Source of the DNA: Patescibacteria group bacterium UBA2196
GTDB taxonomy: Bacteria; Patescibacteriota; Patescibacteriia; UBA2196
Direction: 5' to 3'
Length of the DNA: 64,000 nt
Assembly (NCBI GenBank): GCA_002328025.1
Contig: DCVE01000014.1
Location: forward strand, 69,882 to 133,881
Shown: positions 18,535-28,412 of the stretch, one piece after another
How positions within the stretch are numbered: position 1 is the first letter of the stretch
How the letters are laid out: each line of letters opens with the position of its first letter
Notes under the pieces: model-generated
Databases searched by the model: none
What the model saw: the letters and a program-made list of their open reading frames with translations, nothing else
Told to the model about the DNA's origin: nothing
Translations under genes and position numbers: made by a program

Positions 18535-19656
18535 ATGCCCAACAAAGACTACTACGAATTACTTGGCGTTTCCAAATCTGCTTCTCAAGAAGAAATCAAA
18601 AAAGCATTTCGTAAGCTGGCCCATGAACATCATCCAGATAAAAAATCTGGCGATGAAGCCAAGTTTAAAGAAATCAACGAAGCTTATCAAGTTATAGGCA
18701 GTGAAGAAAAAAGAAAACAATATGATCAATTTGGTTCGGCTTATAATTCTGCCGGCGGTTTTAATGCTGGCCAAGGTTTTGGCGGAGGATTTAACTGGCA
18801 AGATTTTGCGCGTCAAAATTCTAGTGGAGGATTTTCTTTTAATAGTGAAGATATAGATTTAGGCGATATTTTTGGTGATGTTTTTGGTTTTGGTGGGGGG
18901 CGCAGTCGTGCTGGTCGCGCCAGAACTTCGGTGGGTGAGGATATTGAAATTGTTTTAACCATTGACTTTAAAGAAGCGATTTTTGGCGCGGAAAAATTAA
19001 TTTATTTAGAAAAAAATGATACTTGTGACGGTTGTCAGGGCTCTGGTGCCGAAGCAGGCAGTAAAATTTCCACTTGTCCAGAATGTAAAGGAGCTGGCCA
19101 AATTCGCCAAACGCAAAGAACAATTTTTGGCAATATTGCCACCAATGTGGTTTGTGGAACTTGTCATGGTGCAGGAGAAAAACCAGAAAAATTTTGTTCC
19201 AAATGCCACGGTTCTGGCCGTGTAAAAAATAAAAAAGAAATTAAAATTTCCATTCCAGCTGGTATTGATGAAAATCAACAAATAAAAATTTCCGGCGCCG
19301 GTCACGCAGGTGAGAAAAAAATTAGAGCCGGGGATTTGTATGTTTCTTTTAAAATTAATCCTGATAAGAAATTTGTGCGTCAAGGTCAAAATATTTTAAC
19401 CAAATTAAGTATTGATTTTGTCCAAGCTGCTTTGGGTGATAAAATTGAAATTGAAACTTTAGATGGAGTGGTTAGTTTAAAAATTCCTGAAGGCACGCAA
19501 ACAGGCAAGGTTTTATCTTTAAGTAATAAAGGTGTACCAGAATTAAATCGACCCAATCGTCGTGGAGATATGTTGGTAGAAGTTGTTGTTAAAACTCCAG
19601 AAAGAATTTCTCGTCAGGGTAAAAAATTACTAGAAGAATTAAAAAATGAATTATAA
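18535..19656 (+). CDS. dnaJ: chaperone DnaJ
   Basis: J-domain DYYELLGV...HPDK, G/F-rich linker, four CxxCxGxG zinc-finger repeats and C-terminal domains. Confidence 0.95.
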   Translation: MPNKDYYELLGVSKSASQEEIKKAFRKLAHEHHPDKKSGDEAKFKEINEAYQVIGSEEKRKQYDQFGSAYNSAGGFNAGQGFGGGFNWQDFARQNSSGGFSFNSEDIDLGDIFGDVFGFGGGRSRAGRARTSVGEDIEIVLTIDFKEAIFGAEKLIYLEKNDTCDGCQGSGAEAGSKISTCPECKGAGQIRQTQRTIFGNIATNVVCGTCHGAGEKPEKFCSKCHGSGRVKNKKEIKISIPAGIDENQQIKISGAGHAGEKKIRAGDLYVSFKINPDKKFVRQGQNILTKLSIDFVQAALGDKIEIETLDGVVSLKIPEGTQTGKVLSLSNKGVPELNRPNRRGDMLVEVVVKTPERISRQGKKLLEELKNEL

Positions 19657-19665
19657 AAAAAATAA

Positions 19666-19692
19666 TAGCTGCACATTTGTGCAGTTATTATA
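19666..19692. terminator. bidirectional terminator between dnaJ (+) and corA (-)
   Basis: agctgcac-attt-gtgcagtt hairpin flanked by A-runs and T-runs. Confidence 0.45.
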
Positions 19693-19714
19693 AATTAAAA
19701 ATAAAATTATTTTT

Positions 19715-20698
19715 TTAAATCCATTTTTTGTGTTTAAAATAAGATATCATACCTAGCATGGCCAGGATCATAATAGCTATAATAAACCAAAAGCCGTAAG
19801 GGCTATTAATAAACGGCATGGAATCAATGGTGTTCATTCCAAACACGGAGGCAAAAAGCGTTAATGGAAAAACCACCACCGAAAAAATTGTTAAAGTTTT
19901 AATAATTTGATTTAGGTGTTGTGAAACCAATGACTCGTGCGTTTCGTGCAAAGCATTAATGGTGTCTTTATAATTTTCTAAAAAATCCCAGATATCTTTG
20001 GTGTGATTGACTAAATTATTATAATAAACCTGTAATTTGTGGGTGGCGAAAAGTTTTTCAGAGCGATTGATCAATTTTTGAATAATACTTTTGTGGGCCT
20101 GCATGGCTTTACGAAAATAAACAATATTGTGCTTGATGCGCATAATTTCGCGAATGATGTCAATTTTGTTGTGATCAATATTAAAAATTCGTGTTTCAAC
20201 CGCATCAATGTCTTGATTGATGTGATTAAGTATTGGGAAACAATAATGTAATAAATCGTTAAGTATCTCGTATAAAAGCACAGCTGGGTGTTCGCCTAAG
20301 TGATTGCCCGTTTCTTTTTTCTTTTTGGCGTTGTATTTGCGGAATAATTCATTAATGGGCGGTAGTTGATTATTATGAACTGTAATTAAAAAATTACGTC
20401 CAATAAAGAAATCAATTTCTGAAGCTTCAATTTCGCCCGTTGCACTACTGTAGTGTGGAAATTGTAAGATCATAAAAATGTAATCATCATATTCTGTCAA
20501 TTTTGGCCGTTGACTGGACGGCAAACAATCAGTTAAATCCAATTCATTGAAAGCAAAGTTTTGTTTTAGCCAGTCAATTTGTTTTTGTTCTGTGGCATCA
20601 ATACACACCCACCTTAGGCCGGTGACAAAATCAATATTTTTTATATGTTTTTCTGCTGGCATATTTTTATATTTGTGTGGATAATTATATTGTATCAT
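19715..20698 (-). CDS. corA: CorA-family Mg2+/Co2+ transporter
   Basis: Two C-terminal TM helices with the GMN motif (FGMNTIDSMPF) and a CorA-like cytoplasmic funnel domain. Confidence 0.8.
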   Translation of the reverse strand: MIQYNYPHKYKNMPAEKHIKNIDFVTGLRWVCIDATEQKQIDWLKQNFAFNELDLTDCLPSSQRPKLTEYDDYIFMILQFPHYSSATGEIEASEIDFFIGRNFLITVHNNQLPPINELFRKYNAKKKKETGNHLGEHPAVLLYEILNDLLHYCFPILNHINQDIDAVETRIFNIDHNKIDIIREIMRIKHNIVYFRKAMQAHKSIIQKLINRSEKLFATHKLQVYYNNLVNHTKDIWDFLENYKDTINALHETHESLVSQHLNQIIKTLTIFSVVVFPLTLFASVFGMNTIDSMPFINSPYGFWFIIAIMILAMLGMISYFKHKKWI

Positions 20699-20741
20699 TT
20701 TTTTGTCTTTTCTACAAAAAAATAGTATAATAGTATAAGTT

Positions 20742-21239
20742 ATGTCCTTAACTTTATTTATGCCCCCTTTTATTCAACGCAATCCAACTGAAATTAATCC
20801 TAGTGATAAATTGGAACATGATTTAGCTGGCATCGAAACAACCACCGTTTTAACTCCAGAAACCAATCAATTAGAGCCAACCACGCAAAGTGACCAGGTT
20901 TTAGTATCGGCTGTTTCTGATATAAATGATGTTCAAAATCAATCTGGAGTTAGTTATAATAAAGATCCTTTACATGTGGCGGTGGAAGATATTTTGGAAG
21001 AAAATTTAGCCAACCTGTATGTGTCTTTAAGTCCAGCTGAACAAATTAATTTTAAAAAGAAAGGTGATGAGACGGCTGGTAAAATTATAAATCTTTTAGC
21101 CACCACCCAGGCCACCTTTAAAAAGATTTTTAATTTTATTCTAATGTGGCTTAAAACAATTCCGGGTGTTAATAAATTTTTTTTGGAACAAGAAGCCAAG
21201 ATCAAGGCTGATAAAATTATGCAACTAAAAATAAACTAA
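20742..21239 (+). CDS. hypothetical protein, immediately upstream of the T4CP-like ATPase
   Basis: 165 aa with an amphipathic C-terminus. No recognisable motifs. The 4-nt gap to the next gene suggests co-transcription. Confidence 0.35.
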   Translation: MSLTLFMPPFIQRNPTEINPSDKLEHDLAGIETTTVLTPETNQLEPTTQSDQVLVSAVSDINDVQNQSGVSYNKDPLHVAVEDILEENLANLYVSLSPAEQINFKKKGDETAGKIINLLATTQATFKKIFNFILMWLKTIPGVNKFFLEQEAKIKADKIMQLKIN

Positions 21240-21244
21240 TTTTT

Positions 21245-23815
21245 ATGTCTCCCTATGTTCCAAACTCACCATTAGAATTAGCTGGTCAGAGTTTTTTTAA
21301 TAGTCCATCTTTTTATGTTGGGCTTTTTTTAATGGCTTTTGTTTTTTTAGCTGTGGTTTTTCTTTTTATTTATCGCGCCCATGCAAGACGTAATTATAAA
21401 TTACCAGCCAAGTACCATCAGGTGGTTTTGTTGGTTTCAATGCCCAAGGAAGCGTTGTCTGATAAAGAGGGTGGCAATGTAAATTCTATTGAAAAAATCC
21501 GTGAACAAATTTCTTGGGCAGAAAATTTATGGGCACAGGTGGGTGGTTTAAAAGCAGAAAAGGGATTCAAAGTTTGGTTGTATGGCCGCCATGACCACAT
21601 ATCTTTAGAAATTGTAGCGCATCAAAAAGTAATTTATTTTTATATCGCAGTACCAAAATATTTGCAAGCCTATCTTGAACAGCAACTACAAGCGCAATAC
21701 TCATATGCTCAAGTTGAAGAAGTTCCTGATTACAATATTTTTTCGCCCGCTGCAACCGTTGTCTGTGCCAGTGTTAAACTTGAAAAACAAAACATGCTTC
21801 AAATTAAAACCTATAAGGAATTTGACGCTGATCCATTAAATTCATTAACTAACATTTTAAGTAAACTTGGGTCTGATGACAGTGCTGCCATTCAGTTTGT
21901 GGTGCGTTCGGCCCATAAAAAATGGCGTACAGTCGGACTAAAAATTGCCGCAGCCATGCAGCAGGGTAAATCTTTAAGAGATGCTTTAAAAGCTAATAAT
22001 AAAGATTTATTAACAATTTTAAGTAAGGGATATAATGCGGTGTTTAGTCAAGAAGACGATAAAAAAAAAGATCAGGATAAAAAAGACGGTTTAACCCCAG
22101 GCAGTTATCGTCTTTCGGCCAAAGAAGAAGAGTTAGTCAAAAAAATTCAAGAAAAAAGCTCCAAAGCTGGTTTAGATGTTAACATCCGTGTGGTTATTAC
22201 TGCGCAAAATTTACCACTAGCTGATGCCTACTTAGCCAATGTTTTAAATTCTTTTGCCCAATATAATGTTTATGAATTTGGCAACGCTTTTAAGGTAGCT
22301 AAAAATAGCGGTGATGATAAAAATATTTCCGCCTTTATTCATCGAATTTTTAATGATAAAAATGGTTTTGTTTTAAATACTGAAGAATTGGCCTCGGTTT
22401 TTCATTTTCCATTACCTTCTTGTGAAACACCCAATATTCACTGGTTGGGTGCACGTAAGGCTGCGGCACCGATTAATATTCCGACCGAAGGTATTGTAAT
22501 TGGTAAAAACATTTTTCGTGGTGGTGAAACACTCATCCGCATGAAACAGGAAGATCGTATGCGTCATACATATATCATTGGTATGACCGGTGCTGGCAAA
22601 TCAGTTTTAATGGAAGAAATGGCCAAACAAGACATTGCGGCTGGTCGGGGAGTTTGTTTTATTGATCCGCACGGTACAGCCATCGATCGCATCATGCCTT
22701 GTATTCCCAAAGAAAGGCTTGAGGATGTTATATACCTTGATCCCTCTGATACAGAACGGCCAATCGGTTTAAATATGTTGGAAGCCAAAACTCAGCAGGA
22801 AATGGATTTTGCCACTTCAGAAATGATTAGTATTTTTTACAAACTTTTACCCGATCCGGCCATGGCTGGACCAATGTTTGAACATTATATGCGCAATGCC
22901 TTGTTGGCTTTAATGGCCGATCAAGATGATCCCGGAACTTTGGTGGAATTGGGACGCATTTTTACTGATGAAGATTATCGTAAGAAAAAGTTACATTATG
23001 TGCGGGATATTTTGGTGAAAGATTTTTGGGAAAGAGAATATACAGCTTCTCAGCGCGGCTCTATGGCTTCAGATATGCTTTCGTATGTCATTTCAAAAAC
23101 GGGTCGTTTTGTTGAAAATGAAATGATGCGTAACATTATTGGTCAATCTATTTCCGGTTTTAACTTTCGCCAAGTCATGGATGAGGGTAAAATTTTGCTA
23201 GTCAATTTATCCAAGGGTAAGATTGGTGAAACCAACAGTAGTCTTTTGGGTCTAATCATTGTTTCAAAATTACAGATGGCCGCCATGGCACGAGCTGATT
23301 TACCGGAAGAAAAAAGAAAAGATTTTATGTTATATATTGATGAGTTTCAAAATTATACCACTGATTCCATGGCCATTATTTTGGCTGAAGCCAGAAAATA
23401 CCGTTTGGCGCTGATCATGGCCCACCAGTATATTACGCAATTAGTCAAAGGTCAAGACACTTCCATTCGAGACGCTGTTTTTGGTAATGTTGGCAGCATG
23501 ATTATTTTCCGTATTGGCGTAGAAGATGCGGAAGTGATTGCCAAACAATTTGCGCCAGTCTTTAATCAACAAGATTTAATTAATATTGAAAAACGCAATG
23601 CCTATGTTAGACTCTTGATTGATGGTACGGTCAGTCGTCCGTTTAACATGGAGTCCATGCCTTGGACATTTGGTGATGAAAAAATTGTAACTGCCATACG
23701 CGAACTTTCTCGTCTAAAATATGGTCGTCCCAAAAATGGGGTTGAAGCGGAAATCATCCGACGGTCTAAAATAGGTGCTTTAAGTAAGGCTGCACTACAC
23801 AATAATGCCGAATAA
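21245..23815 (+). CDS. membrane-anchored FtsK/HerA-superfamily ATPase, TrwB/TraD/VirD4-like (T4CP-like), fused N-module + ATPase
   Basis: N-terminal TM segment (FYVGLFLMAFVFLAVVFLFIY) and a ~380-aa N-module ending ...EELASVFHFP. Walker A IIGMTGAGKS followed by GRGVCFIDPHG...DVIYLDPSDTERPIGLNMLE, which parallels the TrwB block RGDRMVIVDPNGD...DIILNPYDQR...FNEI. Walker B LYIDEFQNY. Arginine-finger/Q block AEARKYRLALIMAHQYITQL. Confidence 0.6.
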   Translation: MSPYVPNSPLELAGQSFFNSPSFYVGLFLMAFVFLAVVFLFIYRAHARRNYKLPAKYHQVVLLVSMPKEALSDKEGGNVNSIEKIREQISWAENLWAQVGGLKAEKGFKVWLYGRHDHISLEIVAHQKVIYFYIAVPKYLQAYLEQQLQAQYSYAQVEEVPDYNIFSPAATVVCASVKLEKQNMLQIKTYKEFDADPLNSLTNILSKLGSDDSAAIQFVVRSAHKKWRTVGLKIAAAMQQGKSLRDALKANNKDLLTILSKGYNAVFSQEDDKKKDQDKKDGLTPGSYRLSAKEEELVKKIQEKSSKAGLDVNIRVVITAQNLPLADAYLANVLNSFAQYNVYEFGNAFKVAKNSGDDKNISAFIHRIFNDKNGFVLNTEELASVFHFPLPSCETPNIHWLGARKAAAPINIPTEGIVIGKNIFRGGETLIRMKQEDRMRHTYIIGMTGAGKSVLMEEMAKQDIAAGRGVCFIDPHGTAIDRIMPCIPKERLEDVIYLDPSDTERPIGLNMLEAKTQQEMDFATSEMISIFYKLLPDPAMAGPMFEHYMRNALLALMADQDDPGTLVELGRIFTDEDYRKKKLHYVRDILVKDFWEREYTASQRGSMASDMLSYVISKTGRFVENEMMRNIIGQSISGFNFRQVMDEGKILLVNLSKGKIGETNSSLLGLIIVSKLQMAAMARADLPEEKRKDFMLYIDEFQNYTTDSMAIILAEARKYRLALIMAHQYITQLVKGQDTSIRDAVFGNVGSMIIFRIGVEDAEVIAKQFAPVFNQQDLINIEKRNAYVRLLIDGTVSRPFNMESMPWTFGDEKIVTAIRELSRLKYGRPKNGVEAEIIRRSKIGALSKAALHNNAE

Positions 23816-23829
23816 TAAAATATATTCTT

Positions 23830-24414
23830 ATGTTAGAAAAACTTTTTGGTTCTCGAACTAGAATAAAACTTCTGAAACTTTTTTTAACGGACAAAAATAG
23901 TAAATTTTTTGTACGTGAAATTACACGACTGACTGGTGAAAAAATAAATTCAATTCGTCGAGAATTAGAAAATTTATCAGAACTTGGTTTACTTGAGGTG
24001 GTTGAAGAAATTCCACTTGATAAAAAAGAAGAAAATAAAAAATTTTATCGTGTTAATAATAATTTTCCTTTATTGTCAGCTTTGCAAGAAATTTTGCTTA
24101 AATCTAGACTTTTGGTGGAAAAAGGTTTAGCAGTCAAGATTGATAAAATAGGTTATGTAAAGTTTTTGGCGCTAAGTGGTTTTTTTGTGAACGATCCACA
24201 GGCTCCCACTGATTTTTTAATTGTTGGGCAGGTGGATAAAAAAAAATTAGCACGTCTGATCAATCAAATTTCCAAAGAGTTTGGACAGGAATTACGCTAT
24301 ACCTGTTTTTCAACTCAAGAATTTAATTATCGTAATAAAATAACGGATAAATTTTTATTTGAAGTTTTGGAGGGTAAAAAAATAGTTGTGCTTGATATTT
24401 TGAGTAAAGAGTAG
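23830..24414 (+). CDS. winged-helix DNA-binding protein fused to a nucleotidyltransferase-like domain
   Basis: N-terminal wHTH (RTRIKLLKLFLTD...VREITRLTGEKINSIRRELENLSELGLL). The C-terminal ...LALSGFF...TDFLIVGQVD resembles a degenerate GS...DxD Pol-beta NTase fold. Confidence 0.4.
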   Translation: MLEKLFGSRTRIKLLKLFLTDKNSKFFVREITRLTGEKINSIRRELENLSELGLLEVVEEIPLDKKEENKKFYRVNNNFPLLSALQEILLKSRLLVEKGLAVKIDKIGYVKFLALSGFFVNDPQAPTDFLIVGQVDKKKLARLINQISKEFGQELRYTCFSTQEFNYRNKITDKFLFEVLEGKKIVVLDILSKE

Positions 24415-24421
24415 CAAAATT

Positions 24422-25102
24422 ATGTTGGAAAGGATACAAAAAATTTTATCACGTCACGGTATAGCTTCTCGTCGTCGGGCCGAGGAGCTAATTTTAGCTG
24501 GAGCTGTTTTTGTTAATGGGCAGGTTGTTAAATTGGGTGATAAGGCTGATGAAGAAAGTGATAGTATAGTGGTTAGGGGTAAAAAAATAACAATAGCGGA
24601 AAAAAATAATTTTGTTTACTATCTTTTAAATAAACCCATAGGTTACGAGTGTTCCCTAAAGGGTCACAATAAAAATACTCAACTGGCAGTTGATTTGGTG
24701 CCCAAAAATCCTCGCGTGTGGACCGTGGGACGTTTGGATAAAGACTCTTCTGGACTTCTGGTTTTGACCAACGATGGACAGTTGACCAATCAATTAACTC
24801 ATCCTAAATTTAAACATGAAAAAGAATATCTTGTTAAAGTCAATAAAAAAATAGAGCCAACTTTTTTAATGGGCTTAAAAAAAGGCGTACACTTGACTGA
24901 AGGTTTGGCCAAAGCGGATGAGGTGCGTCAGGTCACTAAAGATTCTTTTAGTATAATTTTACACCAGGGTTGGAAACGACAAATTAGACGCATGTGTTAT
25001 GCTTTGGGTTACAACGTTCTAACTTTAAACAGGATTAGAATTGGACACTGGCAGTTGGGAAATTTAAAAGTGGGGGAGTATAGGATAATTTCAAATTTAT
25101 AA
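24422..25102 (+). CDS. RsuA/RluB-family rRNA pseudouridine synthase (S4 domain + PUS)
   Basis: S4 domain (RIQKILSRHGIASRRRAEELILAGAVFVNGQ) and the catalytic GRLDKDSSGLLVLTNDG. Confidence 0.8.
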   Translation: MLERIQKILSRHGIASRRRAEELILAGAVFVNGQVVKLGDKADEESDSIVVRGKKITIAEKNNFVYYLLNKPIGYECSLKGHNKNTQLAVDLVPKNPRVWTVGRLDKDSSGLLVLTNDGQLTNQLTHPKFKHEKEYLVKVNKKIEPTFLMGLKKGVHLTEGLAKADEVRQVTKDSFSIILHQGWKRQIRRMCYALGYNVLTLNRIRIGHWQLGNLKVGEYRIISNL

Positions 25103-25122
25103 TTTTCTTTTTTTAAAACTAT

Positions 25123-25578
25123 ATGTATCTTTACTTAAACACAGCTGACTATAAATTTATGACTTTAGGTTTGATTAATATTCAGGGCCAGGTTTTATAT
25201 TTAGAAAAAATAAAAGCTGAGTATCAACAAGCAGAAAAATTATTACTCAATTTGGAGAAAATACTTTTAAATCAAGACAAAAAATGGCGTCTAAGTCTTA
25301 AGGGCGTTATTGCGGTTTTGGGTCCGGGTGGTTTTACATCACTCCGAATTGGTATTGCCACTGCCAATGCTCTGGCTTGGTCTTTGCAAATCCCCATCTG
25401 CGGTGTTAAATTAAAATTTAAAGAAGGCATTATGCCAGAGAAATTACAAGACGGACAATTAATAGGTATAGGTGTTACTAAGTTAAAAAAAATAAAAAAG
25501 TTTAAACAAATACTGCCGTTTTATGGCAGTGGGCCGCATATAACCATAAAAAAACGTCTTGACACACAATCGTTATAG
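25123..25578 (+). CDS. tsaB: TsaB (YeaZ)-like tRNA t6A protein, N-terminal domain only
   Basis: ...IAVLGPGGFTSLRIGIATANALAWSLQIPICGV matches the TsaB/Kae1-fold N-lobe. Much shorter than typical TsaB. Confidence 0.5.
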   Translation: MYLYLNTADYKFMTLGLINIQGQVLYLEKIKAEYQQAEKLLLNLEKILLNQDKKWRLSLKGVIAVLGPGGFTSLRIGIATANALAWSLQIPICGVKLKFKEGIMPEKLQDGQLIGIGVTKLKKIKKFKQILPFYGSGPHITIKKRLDTQSL

Positions 25579-25615
25579 CGATAAAATAAGTATAAATTAA
25601 TTTAAAAGTATTTTT

Positions 25616-27283
25616 ATGAGTTTATCAACCAAATCACAGAACCGCTATAAGTTGGCTGGTATTATTGTTTTAGCCATTTTTTGCGCGCTGATTGTTTATC
25701 CAAAAGTTCCCACCAGTACTCCATTGGAAAGTTTTTGGAATAAGTTTAAATTTCGTTTAGGCCTTGACTTGCAGGGCGGAGCGCATTTGGTCTATCAGGC
25801 TGACACCAGCCAGGTTGATGGGCGCGATCAAGCTTCAGCCGTGGCTGGTGTACGCGATGTTATTGAAAGACGTGTGAATGCTTTTGGGGTTTCTGAGCCA
25901 GTGGTGCAAACAAACATGGTTGGTAATGATTACCGTGTAATTGTAGAATTGGCTGGTGTTAAAGATGTTGATCAAGCTATTCAGATGATTGGTGAAACAC
26001 CTCTTTTAGAATTTAAAACTCAAAATCCAAACTATTCCGACGAGTTGACGAATACTCAAAAAACAGAATTAGAAAAATATAATAGTGCACAAAAAAACAA
26101 AGCCGAAGAAGTTTTAAAAGAAGCTCTGGTAAAAAATGTTAACTTTGAAAATTTAGCTAAACAATATTCTGAAGATCCAGGCTCAAAAGATCAGGGCGGT
26201 GATTTGGGTTGGGCCAAAAGAGGCATGTTTGTTAAGGAATTTGAAGATGAAATTTTTGATATTTTACAACCTGGTCAAACCTCACAAATTTTAGTTAAAA
26301 CCAGTTTTGGTTATCATGTTATTAAGAAAATTGCAGTGCGCGGCGAGGGTGCGGATTTAGAAGTTCATGCGCAACATATTTTATTTAAAACACGAAATGA
26401 AGCCGATATTGTTTCTGTTGCTAATCAGTGGCTTAATACTCAACTATCAGGCAAGAACTTAACGCGCGCTCAGGTGCAGTTTGATACGCAATCCGGCGAA
26501 CCTCAGGTAGGCCTAGAATTTAATGATGAGGGTAAAACATTGTTTGCCGAAATTACCGAACAAAATGTTGGCAAACCTGTGGCTATTTTTTTGGATGGCC
26601 AGCCCATTTCTGTGCCCAGAGTTGACGAGCCCATTAAAGAAGGCAAAGCGGTTATTAGTGGCCGTTTTAATATTAAAGAAGCCAAACAATTGGTGGAACG
26701 TTTAAATGCCGGTGCTTTACCAGTCCCAATCACTTTGATTTCGCAAGAAACAGTTGGTGCCTCGCTGGGGCAGGAATCTTTGGATAAAAGCTTATTTGCT
26801 GGTGTTGTTGGTTTAATTGCCGTGGCCTTGTTTATGCTATTTTTTTATCGTCTGCCTGGCTTAATTTCAGTGTTTGCCTTAATTATTTATGCTTTAATTA
26901 ACTTAACGCTTTATAAAACCTTATCTCTAACCCTAACTTTGGCTGGTATCGCTGGCTTTATTCTGTCAGTTGGAATGGCAGTTGATGCTAACGTGTTAAT
27001 TTTTGAACGTCTAAAAGAAGAGTTAAAAGCCGGTCGCGAAGTTGCCTCAGCGGTTGATGAGGGTTTTAAAAGAGCTTGGACTTCCATTCGTGATTCAAAT
27101 ATTTCATCGCTCATAACTTGTGTTATTTTGTATTGGATAGGTACTTCAATGGTTAAGGGTTTTGCTTTAACCTTGGCATTGGGTGTTTTAATTTCTTTAT
27201 TTTCTGCCATTACTGTCACCAGAACCTTTTTAAAACTTTTCTTAATTAAATCTTTTAAAGATAAAAAATGGCTTTTCGGCTAA
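25616..27283 (+). CDS. secD: protein translocase subunit SecD with an inserted parvulin-type PPIase domain
   Basis: TM1, then LGLDLQGGAHLVYQ, ...IGETPLLEFK, and the C-terminal 6-TM SecD core. A PpiC-like segment sits between the P1 blocks (NFENLAKQYSEDPGSKDQGGDLGWAKRGMFVKEFEDEIFDILQPGQTSQILVKTSFGYHVIKK). Confidence 0.85.
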   Translation: MSLSTKSQNRYKLAGIIVLAIFCALIVYPKVPTSTPLESFWNKFKFRLGLDLQGGAHLVYQADTSQVDGRDQASAVAGVRDVIERRVNAFGVSEPVVQTNMVGNDYRVIVELAGVKDVDQAIQMIGETPLLEFKTQNPNYSDELTNTQKTELEKYNSAQKNKAEEVLKEALVKNVNFENLAKQYSEDPGSKDQGGDLGWAKRGMFVKEFEDEIFDILQPGQTSQILVKTSFGYHVIKKIAVRGEGADLEVHAQHILFKTRNEADIVSVANQWLNTQLSGKNLTRAQVQFDTQSGEPQVGLEFNDEGKTLFAEITEQNVGKPVAIFLDGQPISVPRVDEPIKEGKAVISGRFNIKEAKQLVERLNAGALPVPITLISQETVGASLGQESLDKSLFAGVVGLIAVALFMLFFYRLPGLISVFALIIYALINLTLYKTLSLTLTLAGIAGFILSVGMAVDANVLIFERLKEELKAGREVASAVDEGFKRAWTSIRDSNISSLITCVILYWIGTSMVKGFALTLALGVLISLFSAITVTRTFLKLFLIKSFKDKKWLFG

Positions 27284-27315
27284 ATTTTTGTACTAAAGAA
27301 AAAATAAATTAAAAA

Positions 27316-28254
27316 TTGTTTACTATGAATTTACACATCGTTAAAAATCGCAATTATTTTTTCATTTTTTCCGGAATTATTGTATTTGCCAGTTTGTTAA
27401 GTTTATATTTTTGGGGTTTAAAACCAGGTATTGATTTTACGGGTGGTTCTTTTTTAGAAATTAAATTAAACAATCAAAATCAAGTTAATGCTCAAGAAAT
27501 GGCCGCTCAAATTCAGAGTACCCTGCCAGATATTGGTGAGGTGCGTATACAGTCGACCACCAATGGTTTTATCGCGCGTTCTCGTCACCTAACAGAAACC
27601 CAGCATCAAACCATATTAGCCATTGTGGCTAAATTATATCCACCTAACGAGAAAGATAACGTGCAGGTTTGGGAAGAAACAAGATTTGAATCAGTTGGAC
27701 CCATGATTGGGGTTGAATTAAAAAACAAAGCCATCTGGGCATTGGCGTTAGCCATGGTGGCTATAATTTTATACATCGCTTGGTCATTCCGCAAGGTGTC
27801 GCGACCGGTGGCTTCTTGGAAATACGGCGTTGGTGCGGTGATCGCTCTGATGCACGATTTAATAATTGTGGCCGGTGCGTTTGCTATTTTTGGACATTTT
27901 TTTGGCTATGAAATTGATTTATTATTTGTTTCAGCTCTGCTCACCATCCTTGGCTTTTCCGTGCATGATACAATTGTGGTGTATGATCGTACGCGCGAAA
28001 ATTTGATTTATAGTCCACAAAAAACTTTTGATGAAACTTTAAATAAAGCCATAAATGAAACCATACATCGTTCTATTAATACCTCTTTAACCGTGTTTTT
28101 GGTGCTTCTATCCCTTTATATTTTAGGTGGCGTGTCAACACAAAATTTTGTTTTAGCTTTAATGATTGGTGTGATTATTGGTACTTACTCGTCAATTTTT
28201 GTCGCTTCAAATTTATTGATTGTTTGGCAGCGTTTGGGAAGTCAAAAAAATTAA
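27316..28254 (+). CDS. secF: protein translocase subunit SecF
   Basis: N-terminal TM, a small periplasmic domain and a 5-TM SecF core (...IDLLFVSALLTILGFSVHDTIVVYDR...). Confidence 0.85.
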   Translation: MFTMNLHIVKNRNYFFIFSGIIVFASLLSLYFWGLKPGIDFTGGSFLEIKLNNQNQVNAQEMAAQIQSTLPDIGEVRIQSTTNGFIARSRHLTETQHQTILAIVAKLYPPNEKDNVQVWEETRFESVGPMIGVELKNKAIWALALAMVAIILYIAWSFRKVSRPVASWKYGVGAVIALMHDLIIVAGAFAIFGHFFGYEIDLLFVSALLTILGFSVHDTIVVYDRTRENLIYSPQKTFDETLNKAINETIHRSINTSLTVFLVLLSLYILGGVSTQNFVLALMIGVIIGTYSSIFVASNLLIVWQRLGSQKN

Positions 28255-28298
28255 TTATATTAAATTTTTTGAGTTGGGCTTGTTTAAATAAGCTAAGT

Positions 28299-28335
28299 GG
28301 TGGGCAGGTTTTATACCTGCCCACCTTGTTTATTT
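28299..28335 (+). terminator. rho-independent terminator after secF
   Basis: 11-bp stem ggtgggcaggt / acctgcccacc, 5-nt loop, then TTGTTTATTT. Confidence 0.6.
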
Positions 28336-28362
28336 GACATACTAAAATAAATCTGTTATACT
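28334..28362 (+). promoter_or_regulatory. sigma70-like promoter (TTGACA-N17-TATACT)
   Basis: TTGACA 28334-28339 and TATACT 28357-28362, about 50 nt upstream of the 28413 gene. Confidence 0.45.
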
Positions 28363-28412
28363 AATTTTATAATCTTAAATTTTAAATAAAATTAGCTAAA
28401 ATAAGTAAAAAT

